This document shows, one piece after another, positions 10,798 to 21,417 of a DNA stretch of 64,000 nucleotides (position 1 is the first letter of the stretch; the number at the start of each line of letters is the position of its first letter). The position numbers and the translations under genes were made by a program. The stretch is from assembly GCA_963729375.1 (NCBI GenBank), contig CAVSNP010000003.1, positions 25,525 through 89,524 of the forward strand. The letters run 5' to 3'. The notes beneath the pieces are model-generated. The model was not told where the DNA came from. It did not search any database and saw nothing but the letters and a program-made list of their open reading frames with translations. The DNA comes from an uncultured Actinomycetes bacterium. Lineage in GTDB: Bacteria; Actinomycetota; Acidimicrobiia; IMCC26256; PALSA-610.

Positions 10798-10913
10798 CAC
10801 GACCCGCCGGCGGGGTTGGCGGGTCGTGAGCGCGAACGCGGTGTCAGGGCCGTCGCTCTCGCCGATCTTGCGGACTGTGTACGCCAAGTTTCTAGTCGAG
10901 TTCGGTCAAGGTT
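10798..10913 (+). repeat. hairpin+core repeat module, copy 2
   Basis: cacgacccgccggcggggttggcgggtcgtg ... gtttctagtcgagttcggtcaaggtt. Same length (~116 nt) and order as copies 1 and 3. Confidence 0.7.
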
Positions 10914-11800
10914 CGGCCCGAGGCGGATCTCGTCGTCACACGACCGATCGGGTCATGGCCGGCGTCGTCCCTGACCGCGAGAGGCGGCGGTCCGCTGCTT
11001 CATCAACAGGGCCGACCGGCCGGAACTGCACGCGCGTGCACCACACCTGCGCGGCGGTTTCGGCGCCATCGCGCGGCACGTGCACAAGTTGTGATCTGAC
11101 CGACCAAACGCGGCGAAGCGCACGACGGAAACCTGACGCAACGCAAGACGTCGCACGTGATCCGACAAGCAGTGGTCGAGCGCAACCTTCGATTCAGCAC
11201 CTCGGGAGCGGTCCGACGTCCGGCGACGATCGTCCGTCTGACGGTGCGTGCGACGTACGCGCGCATGCCGGTGCGTGGACGTGGTCGCACACGCGATAGG
11301 CACGAGGGTGCGCGGCAACCGTGACCTCCACGACGACCCCCTCCTCGGAAGGCCAATCCTGTCGGATCGACCGTTCAGCGCGCGGTGCGCCGAGCGGTCG
11401 ACGACTCCTGCGAGCGCGGCGATTGTGCGGCAGCCGACACGACAAGTCGGACGTCGGGGAAGGACTCGGCGGTCGCGACCTGCAGGCCACATGCTCGCGG
11501 CGGTGGAATTGTGCAGCCGCGAACGTCATGCGGCTCGACGACTCCCTCGAGACGCGCAGCGTCGAGCGAACTGTTCCTGGCGACGACATCGCCACAATCT
11601 CAGGACTCGGGGCCAACCCGCCGCAGCCCCACTTTTGATCCGCGCAGCTCGATTCGCTGGCGGCCGTCTTTCGGTTCTGGGCCCATGAATGGGCCAACCC
11701 TGACGGCCGGCCACGTGGTGTGGGTTCTCGTGCTGCATGATGTGGCGATGGGAGGAGTCTCACGCGATCGGTTCATGGCCGGTCGAGCTGAGGGGGCGCC

Positions 11801-13136
11801 GTGACCGGCCGGCGGGGGGTCGCAGCGGTTGTCGGCGCTGTCGTCGTGGCGGCAGTGATCGTCACGACGGTGGTGTTGTCCCGTTCGAGGCACGTTACCC
11901 ACACGTCCTCGGCTGGGGTCACCACGACCACAACGACGCTGCCCGCGGTCGACTACGTCTATGCCCACGCGGCGGGCGCGACGACGGTGGCCGGCACCGG
12001 GGCGCCAGGGTTTCGGGGAGACGGAGGGCCGGCCGTCGACGCTCAGCTCGACGCGCCGGCCGGGATCGCCGAGGACGCGGTCGGGTGACCTCTTCATCGC
12101 CGACGCCGGAAATTGCCGTGTGCGCGAGGTCCCGGCGAGGACCGGGATGTCGTTCGGTCTGCACATGCAGGCCGGCGACATCGTCACCATCGCTGGCGGT
12201 CCGTGCCGCGATTCGAAGGCCGAACCCTGCTCCGAAGCGCTCTGGCCGTTGACGCCGCAGGTGATCTGTTCATCGCGTTCGGTTCTGGTGCGCGGGTCGA
12301 AGAGCTCCCGGCACGAACGACCACGGCGTTCGGTGTGCCGATGACAGCCGGGAAGCTGGCGGTTGTGGCCGGGACCGGCGTGACCGGGTTCAGCGGTGAC
12401 GGCGGGCCCGCCGGGCGCGGCGAACTCGACGACCCGACCGGTGTCGCCGTCGATCAGGCCGGGGACCTGCTCATCGCTGATACCGGCAACTGCCGCGTTC
12501 GTCTCGTGGCCGCCACGAACGGCGTCCGCTTCGGGGTGGCCGTGTCTCGCCGGACATATCTACACGGTGGCCGGGACGGGGATCTGCGGGTCGGCGGGTG
12601 ACGGTGGCGCCGCGTTGCATGCGGAGCTCTGGGATCCTGGCGCGCTGGCCGTCGATGCCGGCGGCGATGTGCTTGTGGCCGACCAGGGCAACCGGACCAT
12701 CCGGGTACTGGCTGCGCGTCCGGGCACGTTCTACGGTGTGGCGCTCGCTGCTGACCATCTCGGCACCGTTGCCGGCGAAGGATCCTACGGTCCGTACCTC
12801 GTCGACGGGCTGTCTGTCGCTCGGCGAGGCGGCCGAGATCAATTTCCCCAGCGGCCTTGCCGTCGACCACGAAGGATCTGTACATCGCCGACGGCGCGAT
12901 GCACACGATCCGTCTCGTGCCGGCGTGTCGCGACCACGTTGCTCGGCAAGAAAGCGCTCGCCGACGACATGTACACCGCGGCGGGTGCACTGTCGACGGG
13001 AGGGCTTCACAACCAGACGACGTGGATTCAGACCCGCTTGCTCGATCCGACGGGCCTTGCGCTGTCGCCTGGCCGCGAGCTGATCTACAGCGACACCGGA
13101 GCGAACGTCGTGCGCGAACTACCGGCCGGTCGCTGA
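11801..13136 (+). pseudogene. membrane-anchored NHL-repeat (beta-propeller) protein, at least 6 frame disruptions
   Basis: N-terminal TM VAAVVGAVVVAAVIVTTVVL. Repeated GTG.PGF.GDGGPA....L..P.G.AVD..GDL.IAD.GN.R.R units are spread over all three + frames (11801, 11961, 12113, 12396, 12598, 12857 ORFs). Confidence 0.7.
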
Positions 13137-13152
13137 GCCGGAGCGGAGGATC

Positions 13153-15948
13153 TATCTGGCCGCGACCGCGAAGTCGTAGCTGCCCGCACCCACGTCGAGG
13201 ATCACCGTGCCGGTGCTGGCTCACGACCCTGACCCCGGCCGCGCGTCGACAGGTGTGCCGCCTTCGGTCACGCGTGCGACGGTGGCATCCGGGAACTCGA
13301 CACTGCGCGGCAGCATTGGGAGGAACCGTGACCGCAAGGGCCGTGCCTTCGGCTGCGGTGCGCCACGCCACCGCAAACTCTCCGGCCGGTGTGGGGAACG
13401 TGCCCGAAACTCGGGTCAGTCCACCTGAGGGTGGGGTGATCGTGACGACCGTGGCCGGCCCGTTCGGCGGGGCGGGCGTGGGCACGACGCCGAGCAGTGC
13501 CTCTTGGATGCGACCAGGGCCGAAGAGCCCCATCCGTGCGACATGCTGTCACCGATCAGGTCGCTCGGGGTCCAGGTCTCCCAGGTGAACGTTCCCCCCG
13601 ACTGCGAGGATGGCGGCCCATCCTGGGAACGACGCGTCGGTGAGGATGCGGACAATGTCGGCATCACGTCCGCCGGCGTGGAGCGCCCGCAACAGCTCCA
13701 TGCCGCGGTCGGGTTCGACCGAGATGTCAGCGAGGCGACGTATTTGGCGACGCCGGAGATCTGCGCGTCGGGGACCACGCCGTAGGCCAAGGCCGCCACG
13801 ATTGGCCAGCTGCGACGAGTGGGTGCTCTGCTGCCCGTCACTTCGCAGGCCGTCGACATAAAGGCCGTCGGTACCCACCAGGTGGGCGTTGACCGCGGCG
13901 GTGAGCGCTGCTGTGCGTTCGGGTCTGGAGCGACGCGGTCTGCGCATCGCCGGCAAGGGCGGCGATCTCGCCGATCCGACGGAAGGCGTTGACCGCCAGG
14001 ATGTTCAACGTCGTATCGGCGTTCGTGTTGTAGTCGTAGCCGTACTCGTTGTCGCCGTTGGTCGACATCGGTTGGCCGGAAATGAGGCCCGGTCGCCGGG
14101 TCGATGATGCCCGCGAGGTAGTCCGACAGGCGGGAGAGGGTCGGCAGCAGGGCGGTGACGGTGGCGCGGTCACCGGTAGAGAGGTAGTAGCGCCACACCC
14201 ATTCGGGATACAGGGCGGTGAAGGTCGGGTAGTTCTGGGGGCCGTCGTCGTTCGGGTAGACCTCGTTCACCTGACCGGTGGTTGGCCAGTAGCGGGCTTG
14301 GGCCCGTGCCATGTCGCGCAGCCCCTGCCAGCTCAGGTTCTGATCGCCGTAGGTGCGCATCACCGTCTGGGACTCGTTGGCGGCGTCCCACAGGAACTGG
14401 CCCTTCTCCCGGGTCGGGGTGTCGATGAACTGCTCCTGCGACGTGTACAGACCCGAGTGGGCGCACAGCGCCCACACCGCGTCGAGCGTCGCGTTCGACG
14501 AGGTGAACGTGGCTGTCGGCAGGTCAGGCATCGTCGCGTGGCGGGCGAACGAGCGCGACCTGGTCGTTCCCCAACGTCTCGCCGGGATCGTCGATCTGCA
14601 GGTAACGGAACCCGAGATACCAGTACGGCTCGAACGTCTGAGTGCCGGCGCGTTGGATGTACGAGAAGGACAGATCGGTGCCCTGGGTGTTGTGTGTCGT
14701 CGAGACCGATCCGTCCGGGTCGAGGGTGTAGCCGACGTGCATCGGCACGGTGTGCCCAGCGATGCCCTGACGGAACGACACGGTGGGCCGACCGGCGTAG
14801 ACCTTGCCGAAGTCGACGACGACCGATCCGGTCGGAAGTGCCCGAAGCGATGCTGCAGGCAGCACTTGTTCACTGATCCGGGTGCGTTGGGCGAACAGAT
14901 GGGTGAACGGTTCCGTCCCCACCGGTCCGCGCACCGCAGCCGGTACCCACGTGCTGTCGTCGAAGTCGGCTTCTGACCATCCGGTCGGAGACAGCCGGCC
15001 GTCGATCCATTCGACGAAGTCGCCGCTGTCGTTGTTGCGTTGAGGAGCGGCAAGCCACTCCGCGCGACGGGTGCGCCAGGCGCCGTCCGATCCGACGATC
15101 ACCACGTTGCCGTCGGCGTAGTGCACCATCATCTGGACCAGGAGACCCGGGGCTGACGTCGGGCGTCCGCGGCCCGGTCCGTACCAATGATGCAGGACGC
15201 CGATGGCGTTGAGCTTTCCGGGAACCAATGCCGTCGTCACGTCGGTGGCCTGGTAGTACTGCTCATCGGGGAAGCAGAAGCTCGGGCCGGAGTCGACGTG
15301 GGTGCCGTTCACCCACAGTTGGTACTTGTGGGCGGCGGCCACGTAGGCGGTGGCGTACGCGACGGTGCCCGTCGGCAGCGCCCGCGTCGTGCGGAGGTAG
15401 GTGTATTCCTCCACACCGGGGTCGGCTGGACCAGGCCGTAACCAACGCACGGTCCAGTCCTCGTCGCGTAGTCCCGTTGTGAACATCGCCGGCGCGCTCG
15501 GTTCGCTCCAACGGTCGGCGCCGTCCGCCGTGCTGACCGTCCAGCGGTAGCGCGAGTCCGCCGAAAGCCGCGGTCCGCCGTAGGCCACGAAACTCTGGTG
15601 TCCTGAACGCACCTTGCCGGAGTTCCACACCTCGGAACCGGAGTCTCCGGGTCCGAGGACCACAATCTGGTAGCCGCTTTGCACCGCGCCCCGCCGAACA
15701 TCGTCGACCTGCCAAGCGAACAGGACGCTGTCAGGGTCGACGCCGACTGGCGCAGCGACGCCGGTGACCGTCAGCGCGGTCGGCGATCCGGGGACGCGCT
15801 GCGTTCGCGTCGACGTACCGCTCGCCGGGGTGGACGCCGATCCGGGGCGGGCGTCGTCGACGCCAGCACCGACGGCCGCGGCGGCCACCAACACTGCGCC
15901 GGTTTTCAGACCGCTCGCGAGGAAAGTGCGCCGATCCACGCAGCCCAT
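13153..15948 (-). pseudogene. secreted alpha-L-rhamnosidase-like glycoside hydrolase (GH78-like), about 9 frame disruptions
   Basis: TAT-like signal RRTFLASGLKTGAVLVAAAAVGAG. SRYRWTVSTADGADRWSEPSAPAMFTTGL and YQLWVNGTHVDSGP (rhamnosidase N-domain pattern). FTSSNATLDAVW..IDTPTREKGQFLWDA (six-hairpin domain). The reading frame hops among several minus-strand ORFs. Confidence 0.7.
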
Positions 15949-16093
15949 CGTCCCTTCGTCGAGGTGACGCCGATGCTACAGACGGAGCGTCACTCGAACC
16001 ATCAAGATGGATTCCGCGGTGACGCCCGACGTCGGTCGCGCCGCGATCGTACGAGGTCACAAGAATCGTGTGAGCCGACGCTTGCCGGTGCGA

Positions 16094-17360
16094 CTACGAA
16101 GGCTGGCTGTCCTGCGCGGTGCGCAACCGCTTCGACAGTGTTTGGAGCAAATTCCAGGCGATGGTCGCATTGTGCTGCACGAGCGGTCGGAACTCCCAGT
16201 ACGTGAGCCCATGGCACACGAGATCGCTCCTCGCGGTGATCGTCGCCGAACGTGCGCCCTCGTCGATGAGGGCGATCTCGCCGAAGTAGTCGCCGCTCGT
16301 CAGCGTCGCCCGCTGTCGGCCGCCGACGGAGACTGTCGCCTCGCCCGACTCGATCACGAAGAAGGCTGCGCCGCCCGCGCCCTCTTTGGTGATCGTTTCG
16401 CCCGCGGCGAAGCGGCGTTCCTTGAACAGCGCCGCGATGCCTTCGATGTCGCCGTGGGCTCAGATCGGCGAACAGCGGCACACGTTCGATCACTTCGACC
16501 GACCCGCGCGTTGCTCCGGGCCCGGTCGGGCGCGATGACGACCCCGCCCGCGTCACGGCGCGGCACTGCAGCAGGAACAGCTGCCCACCCGCGAACGCCC
16601 ATTCGATGTCACGCGCCGGTGGTCCGTAGACCTGCTCGCACCGCCCAGCAAGCGCGTTGAGCTGTGCGAGTTGATCGTCGTCGAGGCACAGCTGCTCGAC
16701 GAGTTCGGGCGCGACGGTCTCGTCGAAGGTGCCGCCGTTGGCCGCGGCGCGGATCGCGATCTTCTTGACGCCGGGTGTGCGTTCGAGCACCGCACCCGAC
16801 GCGGTGCGAAACGGAAGCTGTCGGGGATGACGCGGCCGGCGACGACGACCTCGCCGAGACCCCAGCTCGCCTCGATCAGCCGCTCGTCGGCCTCGTTGAT
16901 CGGATTCTGCGTGAACATCACCCCGGCGACGTCAGGATCGAGCAGCGACTGGACGACGACGCCGACGCTCGGACGGGCGAACAGGCCGACGCGTTGGCGG
17001 TATGTGATCGCCGAGTCAGAGTTCGCAGACCACCAGATCTCGCGGATCGCGGCGCTCAGGTCGTCGACCGACGGCACGTTGAGCAGCGTGAGGTGCTGGC
17101 CTGCGAAACTGGCGTCGGCGCCGTCCTCGTCGACCGCCGAAGAGCGCACCGCGAGCGGCCCGACCAGTGACCGGGCCGCGGTCGCGAGCTGCTCGATCGC
17201 GCGTTTGCTGCCCGCGGCCACCGCGTCGACGAACGAACCGGACAGTGCGACGCCGGGCGGGATCGGGAAGCCCGGTTCGCGCCGCCGACCCCAAACCCGT
17301 TGCTTTCGCTCCGAAGCGCGATTCCTCATGCGCGTCGGCGAGCGGCACGACCTCCGTCAC
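16094..17360 (-). pseudogene. PEP/pyruvate-binding ATP-grasp (PPDK_N) domain fused to a C-terminal cyclic-nucleotide-binding domain; 3 frame disruptions (~17290, ~16800, ~16470)
   Basis: FGAKATGLG, AVRSSAVDEDGADASFAGQHLTLLNV, GVMFTQNP, EASWGLGEVVVAG, DIEWAFAGGQLFLLQCRAVT. Then the CAP_ED motifs RVPLFADLS, FFVIESGEATV, GDYFGEIALIDEGARSATITA. The start overlaps the stop of the upstream gene. Confidence 0.65.
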
Positions 17361-18993
17361 GCGTAGACCGTCACTTCTCCCGCGTCGCCGTCGACCCGTA
17401 CGCGCGTACCGTCGGGAATCCGGTCGGTCGCGTCACGCGTCCCGACCACGCCAGGGATGCCGTACTCGCGCGCGACGATCGCCGAGTGCGACAGCAGACC
17501 ACCGCTGTCGGTGACGATCGCGCCGAGCAGTGGCAACAAGATGTTGAACGCCTCGGTCGTCGACTCGGTGACGAGGACGTCGCCCTGCACGATGCGGCCG
17601 AACTCGGACGGGCCCGAGACGCGCCGAGCTGGACCTTCGTACGCACCGCCGCTGGCGGCCAGACCGCGCAGCAGGTTCCCCTCGTGCGGAGCCTCAGAAC
17701 TGCCGAACAGCTCTCCTAACGCGATACCGGTCGCTTGCATGACCCTCGCGACCCCGGGCGGGAGGCCCGCCGGGTCAGGCAGCGGAGGAGGTGGCGGCCC
17801 GAGCGACAGCGGTGCCTCCTTGGCGGTGCGCGAGCTGCGGTCCGCGAAACGCTCCGCGAGTTCGTCGGCGGACGGTCCCGCCGCATCGGTCACCAGCGAA
17901 CACATCTCGTCGAAGCTGGCGTCGACGAAATGTTCGGCGTCGTGGACGCGGCCCTTGTCCTCGAGTCGGCGACCGGCCGCGAGCACGGCGCGCCGCATGA
18001 TGCCGGATGCCCAGATGTCGCTGAAGACGCCCCGTTCGTCGCGCAGGCGGTACATGAGGCGCGCCTCGCCGAGCAGCTCGTCGAACTGTGCACGATGCTG
18101 GTCGGGTACCTGTTGGCGGATGTCGGCGATGCGTAGGTCGACATCTGCGATGTTGTTTTCGCCTCCGTCCACGGACAATCGGATCGCGCGTACCAGCACG
18201 TCGGGTAGCTCGAGCGCGTAGCGTCCCGAAATGTCGAAGCCGTCGAGGAGCCGATAGCCGACGAGGTCGAGATAGTTCGACATCGCCGCGCCGACGTCGC
18301 CGCCGAACGTGCGCAGCTCCCCAAGTGTCTTGTCGGGGTCGCCGTCCGAGTCGAGGAGCGTTCGAGCAACCGTGTCCTGTGTGATCGCGATGATGAGCCG
18401 CTCGAGCTCGCCCGACGCGCCGGCCGAAACGGGCGCGGCGCCGCGCATCATTGCGAGCGTTTCGGCCGGCGCGACGCCGGTCCAGGACCCGAGATGCGCG
18501 AGCAGGTCACCGACTGGCACCATCGCTGAACCCGTGAAGCGCATGTGCTGGAAAATCATCTGCGAATGGTGCTCGCGACATCGGGACAGGTACGCGACCA
18601 TCCCGTCGTCGGAGAGCGAGTCGGCGTCGACCGACTGCAGCTCGCGGTGGGTACTGACCGCGGCCGGTTTGGCGCTCTCGTCCCACTCGCGCAGCTGTTC
18701 GCGCCAGACCTTGTGCGCCCACACTTGCTCCGCCGCGCGAAACGCTGCGGGATTTCCGACTCGGGTGCCGGCCGCATCGCGTTGTAAGCGAAGCCGTTGA
18801 CGTATTGCGTCTCCATCGACTCGATCGGCGTCCCGTAGTACGCCATGAACTCATGCGTGCCTCGGCGGAACGGTTCGGGGTGCATCTCCGCCCAGTAGCG
18901 CGTCACCGGACGCGGGAAATGCACTGGGTCCAAGTTCCACGATCCGGGGCCGGGAGGCTCGAAATGTGCCGACGTCTCACCCTGTCCGGACAT
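17357..18993 (-). CDS. PEP-utilising-enzyme mobile (His swivel) domain protein with large helical N-terminal domain; one frame disruption (~18720)
   Basis: C-terminus GDVLVTESTTEAFNILLPLLGAIVTDSGGLLSHSAIVAREYGIPGVVG is the PEP_utilizers domain. The N-terminal part MSGQGETSAHFEPPGPGSWNLDPVHFPRP lies in another frame and joins at ...PQRFA/AEQVWAHKVW. Confidence 0.7.
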
Positions 18994-19329
18994 GCTTGGC
19001 CTCCCTGCGTTGCCGCGCGGCTCGTCGCCGCGCCCGACGCACGCATTCTCACGTGCCGGGCACGATCGGGCAAGCGCTGACCGAGAACCGTTTTCCGTCG
19101 ACCAGGACACCCCCGGCAGCGTGTCGATGCGTCGTCGCGCCTGAGAACTCTCGCCCGCGACCGCGAGGTGCGTCTCGAAGAGACAGGCTCTCGCCAGTCG
19201 GTGCATGTCACCGACTGGCGAGGGCTCTCAAGGACGTGCAACGCAAGACACGACTGGGTGTGCGGGTCAACTCGGGCGCCGCCGGCGCACCGACGCGTGA
19301 CGTCTTGTCGTGGCGTTCACAGGTCAACG

Positions 19330-19700
19330 CACGGAGCGACCGGCGGTCTTCGACGGGGGTGTGCGCGACGGCGCGTCGCAGAACAGCACAACACATCGGG
19401 AGCCCGCGCGGTGGCTCGGCCGCGTGTCCTGCAGCGGGATGCGTGTCGATGCACGCATCGACGGTCACATCCAGACCCGTGTGGCGCACCGCCTGGCCGA
19501 ACGTCAGAACCGGCGCCAGTCGTCCAAGCTCGCACCACACACCGCCACCGCCAACCGTCCGCCGTTCTCGTATTTCGCGTCGGCCAACTCCCGACCGGTC
19601 GGTTGCGTCGTCCCGACCGCATGTCAAAGCACGCTTGAGCAGCACAGCCCCGGTGTCGGTGAAGTCGAAGTCGATCACCTGATCGCCGACCGAGACCCGT
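19330..19700 (-). pseudogene. IS110-family transposase relic (C-terminal domain fragment)
   Basis: Minus-strand translation ...GGGGVWCELGRLAPVLTFGQAVRHTGLDVTVDAC parallels AVAVWCELGDCRRFSRSRQAVRHTGLDVTVDAS of the element at 3292-4340. The flanks are degenerate. Confidence 0.5.
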
Positions 19701-19861
19701 GAGCGAGCGGCCGGCGACTGCGGTACCGCCTCTGGTGATGCTTGCTCGGACCGGCGCGGGACGGATCGCATCCCTCAGCCGGCTCCGTGATCGACCATCG
19801 AGGTCTGTTGCTTTTGTGGCGACTGTTGCCTGATGAGGCGAAAGGCTGATAAACACCGTTC

Positions 19862-20371
19862 GTGCTCGTTCACGAAGAAGTGGCGGTGTCCCGAGCGGCG
19901 GTGTCCGATGTCGGCGGCCTGCAGGTCGACGTGGACTCGGAGGCGCCCATTGTGGGAGCGCGCTGGGGCGTATGGATCTTCTATGCGGTCTTCGTGGTGC
20001 TCCTCGCGTTCGAAGGCGTCGTCGTCGGTGCCGTACTTGCCGTCGCGCGTTCGCTGCATCATCCCAGCGCCGGTCCGTGGGCGGCGTGGGCGCTTTTCGT
20101 GGTGGGAGGCACGCTGCTCGGGTTCGTTGAGTTGAGAGCGATACGACCCCAACAGCGCATGCGCGACCCGCTCCTGCGCGCATGCTGTTGGCTGCAACGT
20201 CATCTGGGCATCACCGGGTACGTGGTGAACGCGGTGATCCTCGGCGGGGCTCCTGGATCAGCCGTTGCGCTCGTGCAGACCGATCATCCTCGCCGCCGCA
20301 CCCTGACGTGTCTCGCCGCGGTGCTCTTCGCCAGCGTTTGGGTGCCGCTCTTCGTCTTGGTGTGGCGGTAG
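19862..20371 (+). CDS. hypothetical integral membrane protein
   Basis: Four hydrophobic segments (WGVWIFYAVFVVLLAF, WAAWALFVVGGTLLGF, YVVNAVILGGAPG, LAAVLFASVWVPLFVLVW). Start uncertain. Confidence 0.4.
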   Translation: MLVHEEVAVSRAAVSDVGGLQVDVDSEAPIVGARWGVWIFYAVFVVLLAFEGVVVGAVLAVARSLHHPSAGPWAAWALFVVGGTLLGFVELRAIRPQQRMRDPLLRACCWLQRHLGITGYVVNAVILGGAPGSAVALVQTDHPRRRTLTCLAAVLFASVWVPLFVLVWR

Positions 20372-20649
20372 GCATCGACACCGTGGGTCGAACGACGACC
20401 CGGTGACCCGGCTCGGACCGCGCCGATCGGCATCCGCCGCCCAGAACGACGTCCCGTCACGACGGCGTCGGGCGTCTGCGTACGATGCCGGCACGGCGGC
20501 GCTCGGACTGCACCTCGGAAGCGGGGACACGCCCCCGCGCGGGAATCAGCCCCGCGGTGTGAGCGATTCGTCCGTGGGTGATCCCGGTGCGCTCGTCGCC
20601 CCTCGCTCGCCGGTCGGTACAGCGCAGGTCTGTGCACGGCGGCCGGCGA

Positions 20650-21150
20650 TCAGTCTCGAACGACGGACAGTGCTGGCGGATGCGTGAGTGTCTGGAGGAC
20701 GACGCAGTATTGCTCCGTCGTGTGGATGAGCGCGTCAAGGTCGGCGGCCGGTGCATCCGATTCGAGGTCGAAGCTGAGCCGGATCGATCGAAACCCGACG
20801 GGTGCGGAGCGATCGACACCGAGTGTGCCGCGAAAGTCGAGATCGCCCGCGGCTCGAACCGTGCCGCTCACGGAGATCCCGCGGTTCGTCGCGACGGACC
20901 GTAACGTCACGCCGGCGCAGGCGACCAGCGCCTGCAGGAGCATGTCGCCCGAACACGCGAGGGTGCCGTCACCGCCGGTCGCCGGATGCAACCCCGCCTC
21001 GATGAGCGCGCGACCCGTCTGGACCGAACAGCTCACGTCGCGGTCGGTGAGCGTGCCTTCGGCACGCAACGTGATCACCGCAGCTGACGGCTCGGCACGA
21101 TAGTGATCTTTGATCGGGCGTTGCAGCGCCCGAAGCGCGTCGGCGTCCAT
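20650..21150 (-). CDS. OsmC/Ohr family peroxiredoxin-like protein
   Basis: ATG 21150 with GGAGGAAGAG RBS. ...ACSGDMLLQALVACAGVTL... and ...TEQYCVVLQTL fit the two-Cys OsmC pattern. 167 codons, intact. Confidence 0.8.
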   Translation of the reverse strand: MDADALRALQRPIKDHYRAEPSAAVITLRAEGTLTDRDVSCSVQTGRALIEAGLHPATGGDGTLACSGDMLLQALVACAGVTLRSVATNRGISVSGTVRAAGDLDFRGTLGVDRSAPVGFRSIRLSFDLESDAPAADLDALIHTTEQYCVVLQTLTHPPALSVVRD

Positions 21151-21417
21151 CTCTTCCTCCGGTTTTCGCGACCAGGGATACGACCAGACCGCAGGTGGCC
21201 ATCGCCGTCGTGATCGTACGCGCGGCCGTGTGCTGGTCGGCGTCGCTGGGGAGGCGTCGGTCGCCGACACGCGGCTCACCGCGCGGATTTGACCCAACGG
21301 CCGCGAGCTGACGAGAAGGCAGCGCTGTCGAACGTGGGTCCGCGAACGTTGTGATTGCGGGCCGCTGAACCCCCGGTCGGTGACCGTTGCGGCGCGCAAA
21401 ACCGAGTGAGGTCGACG

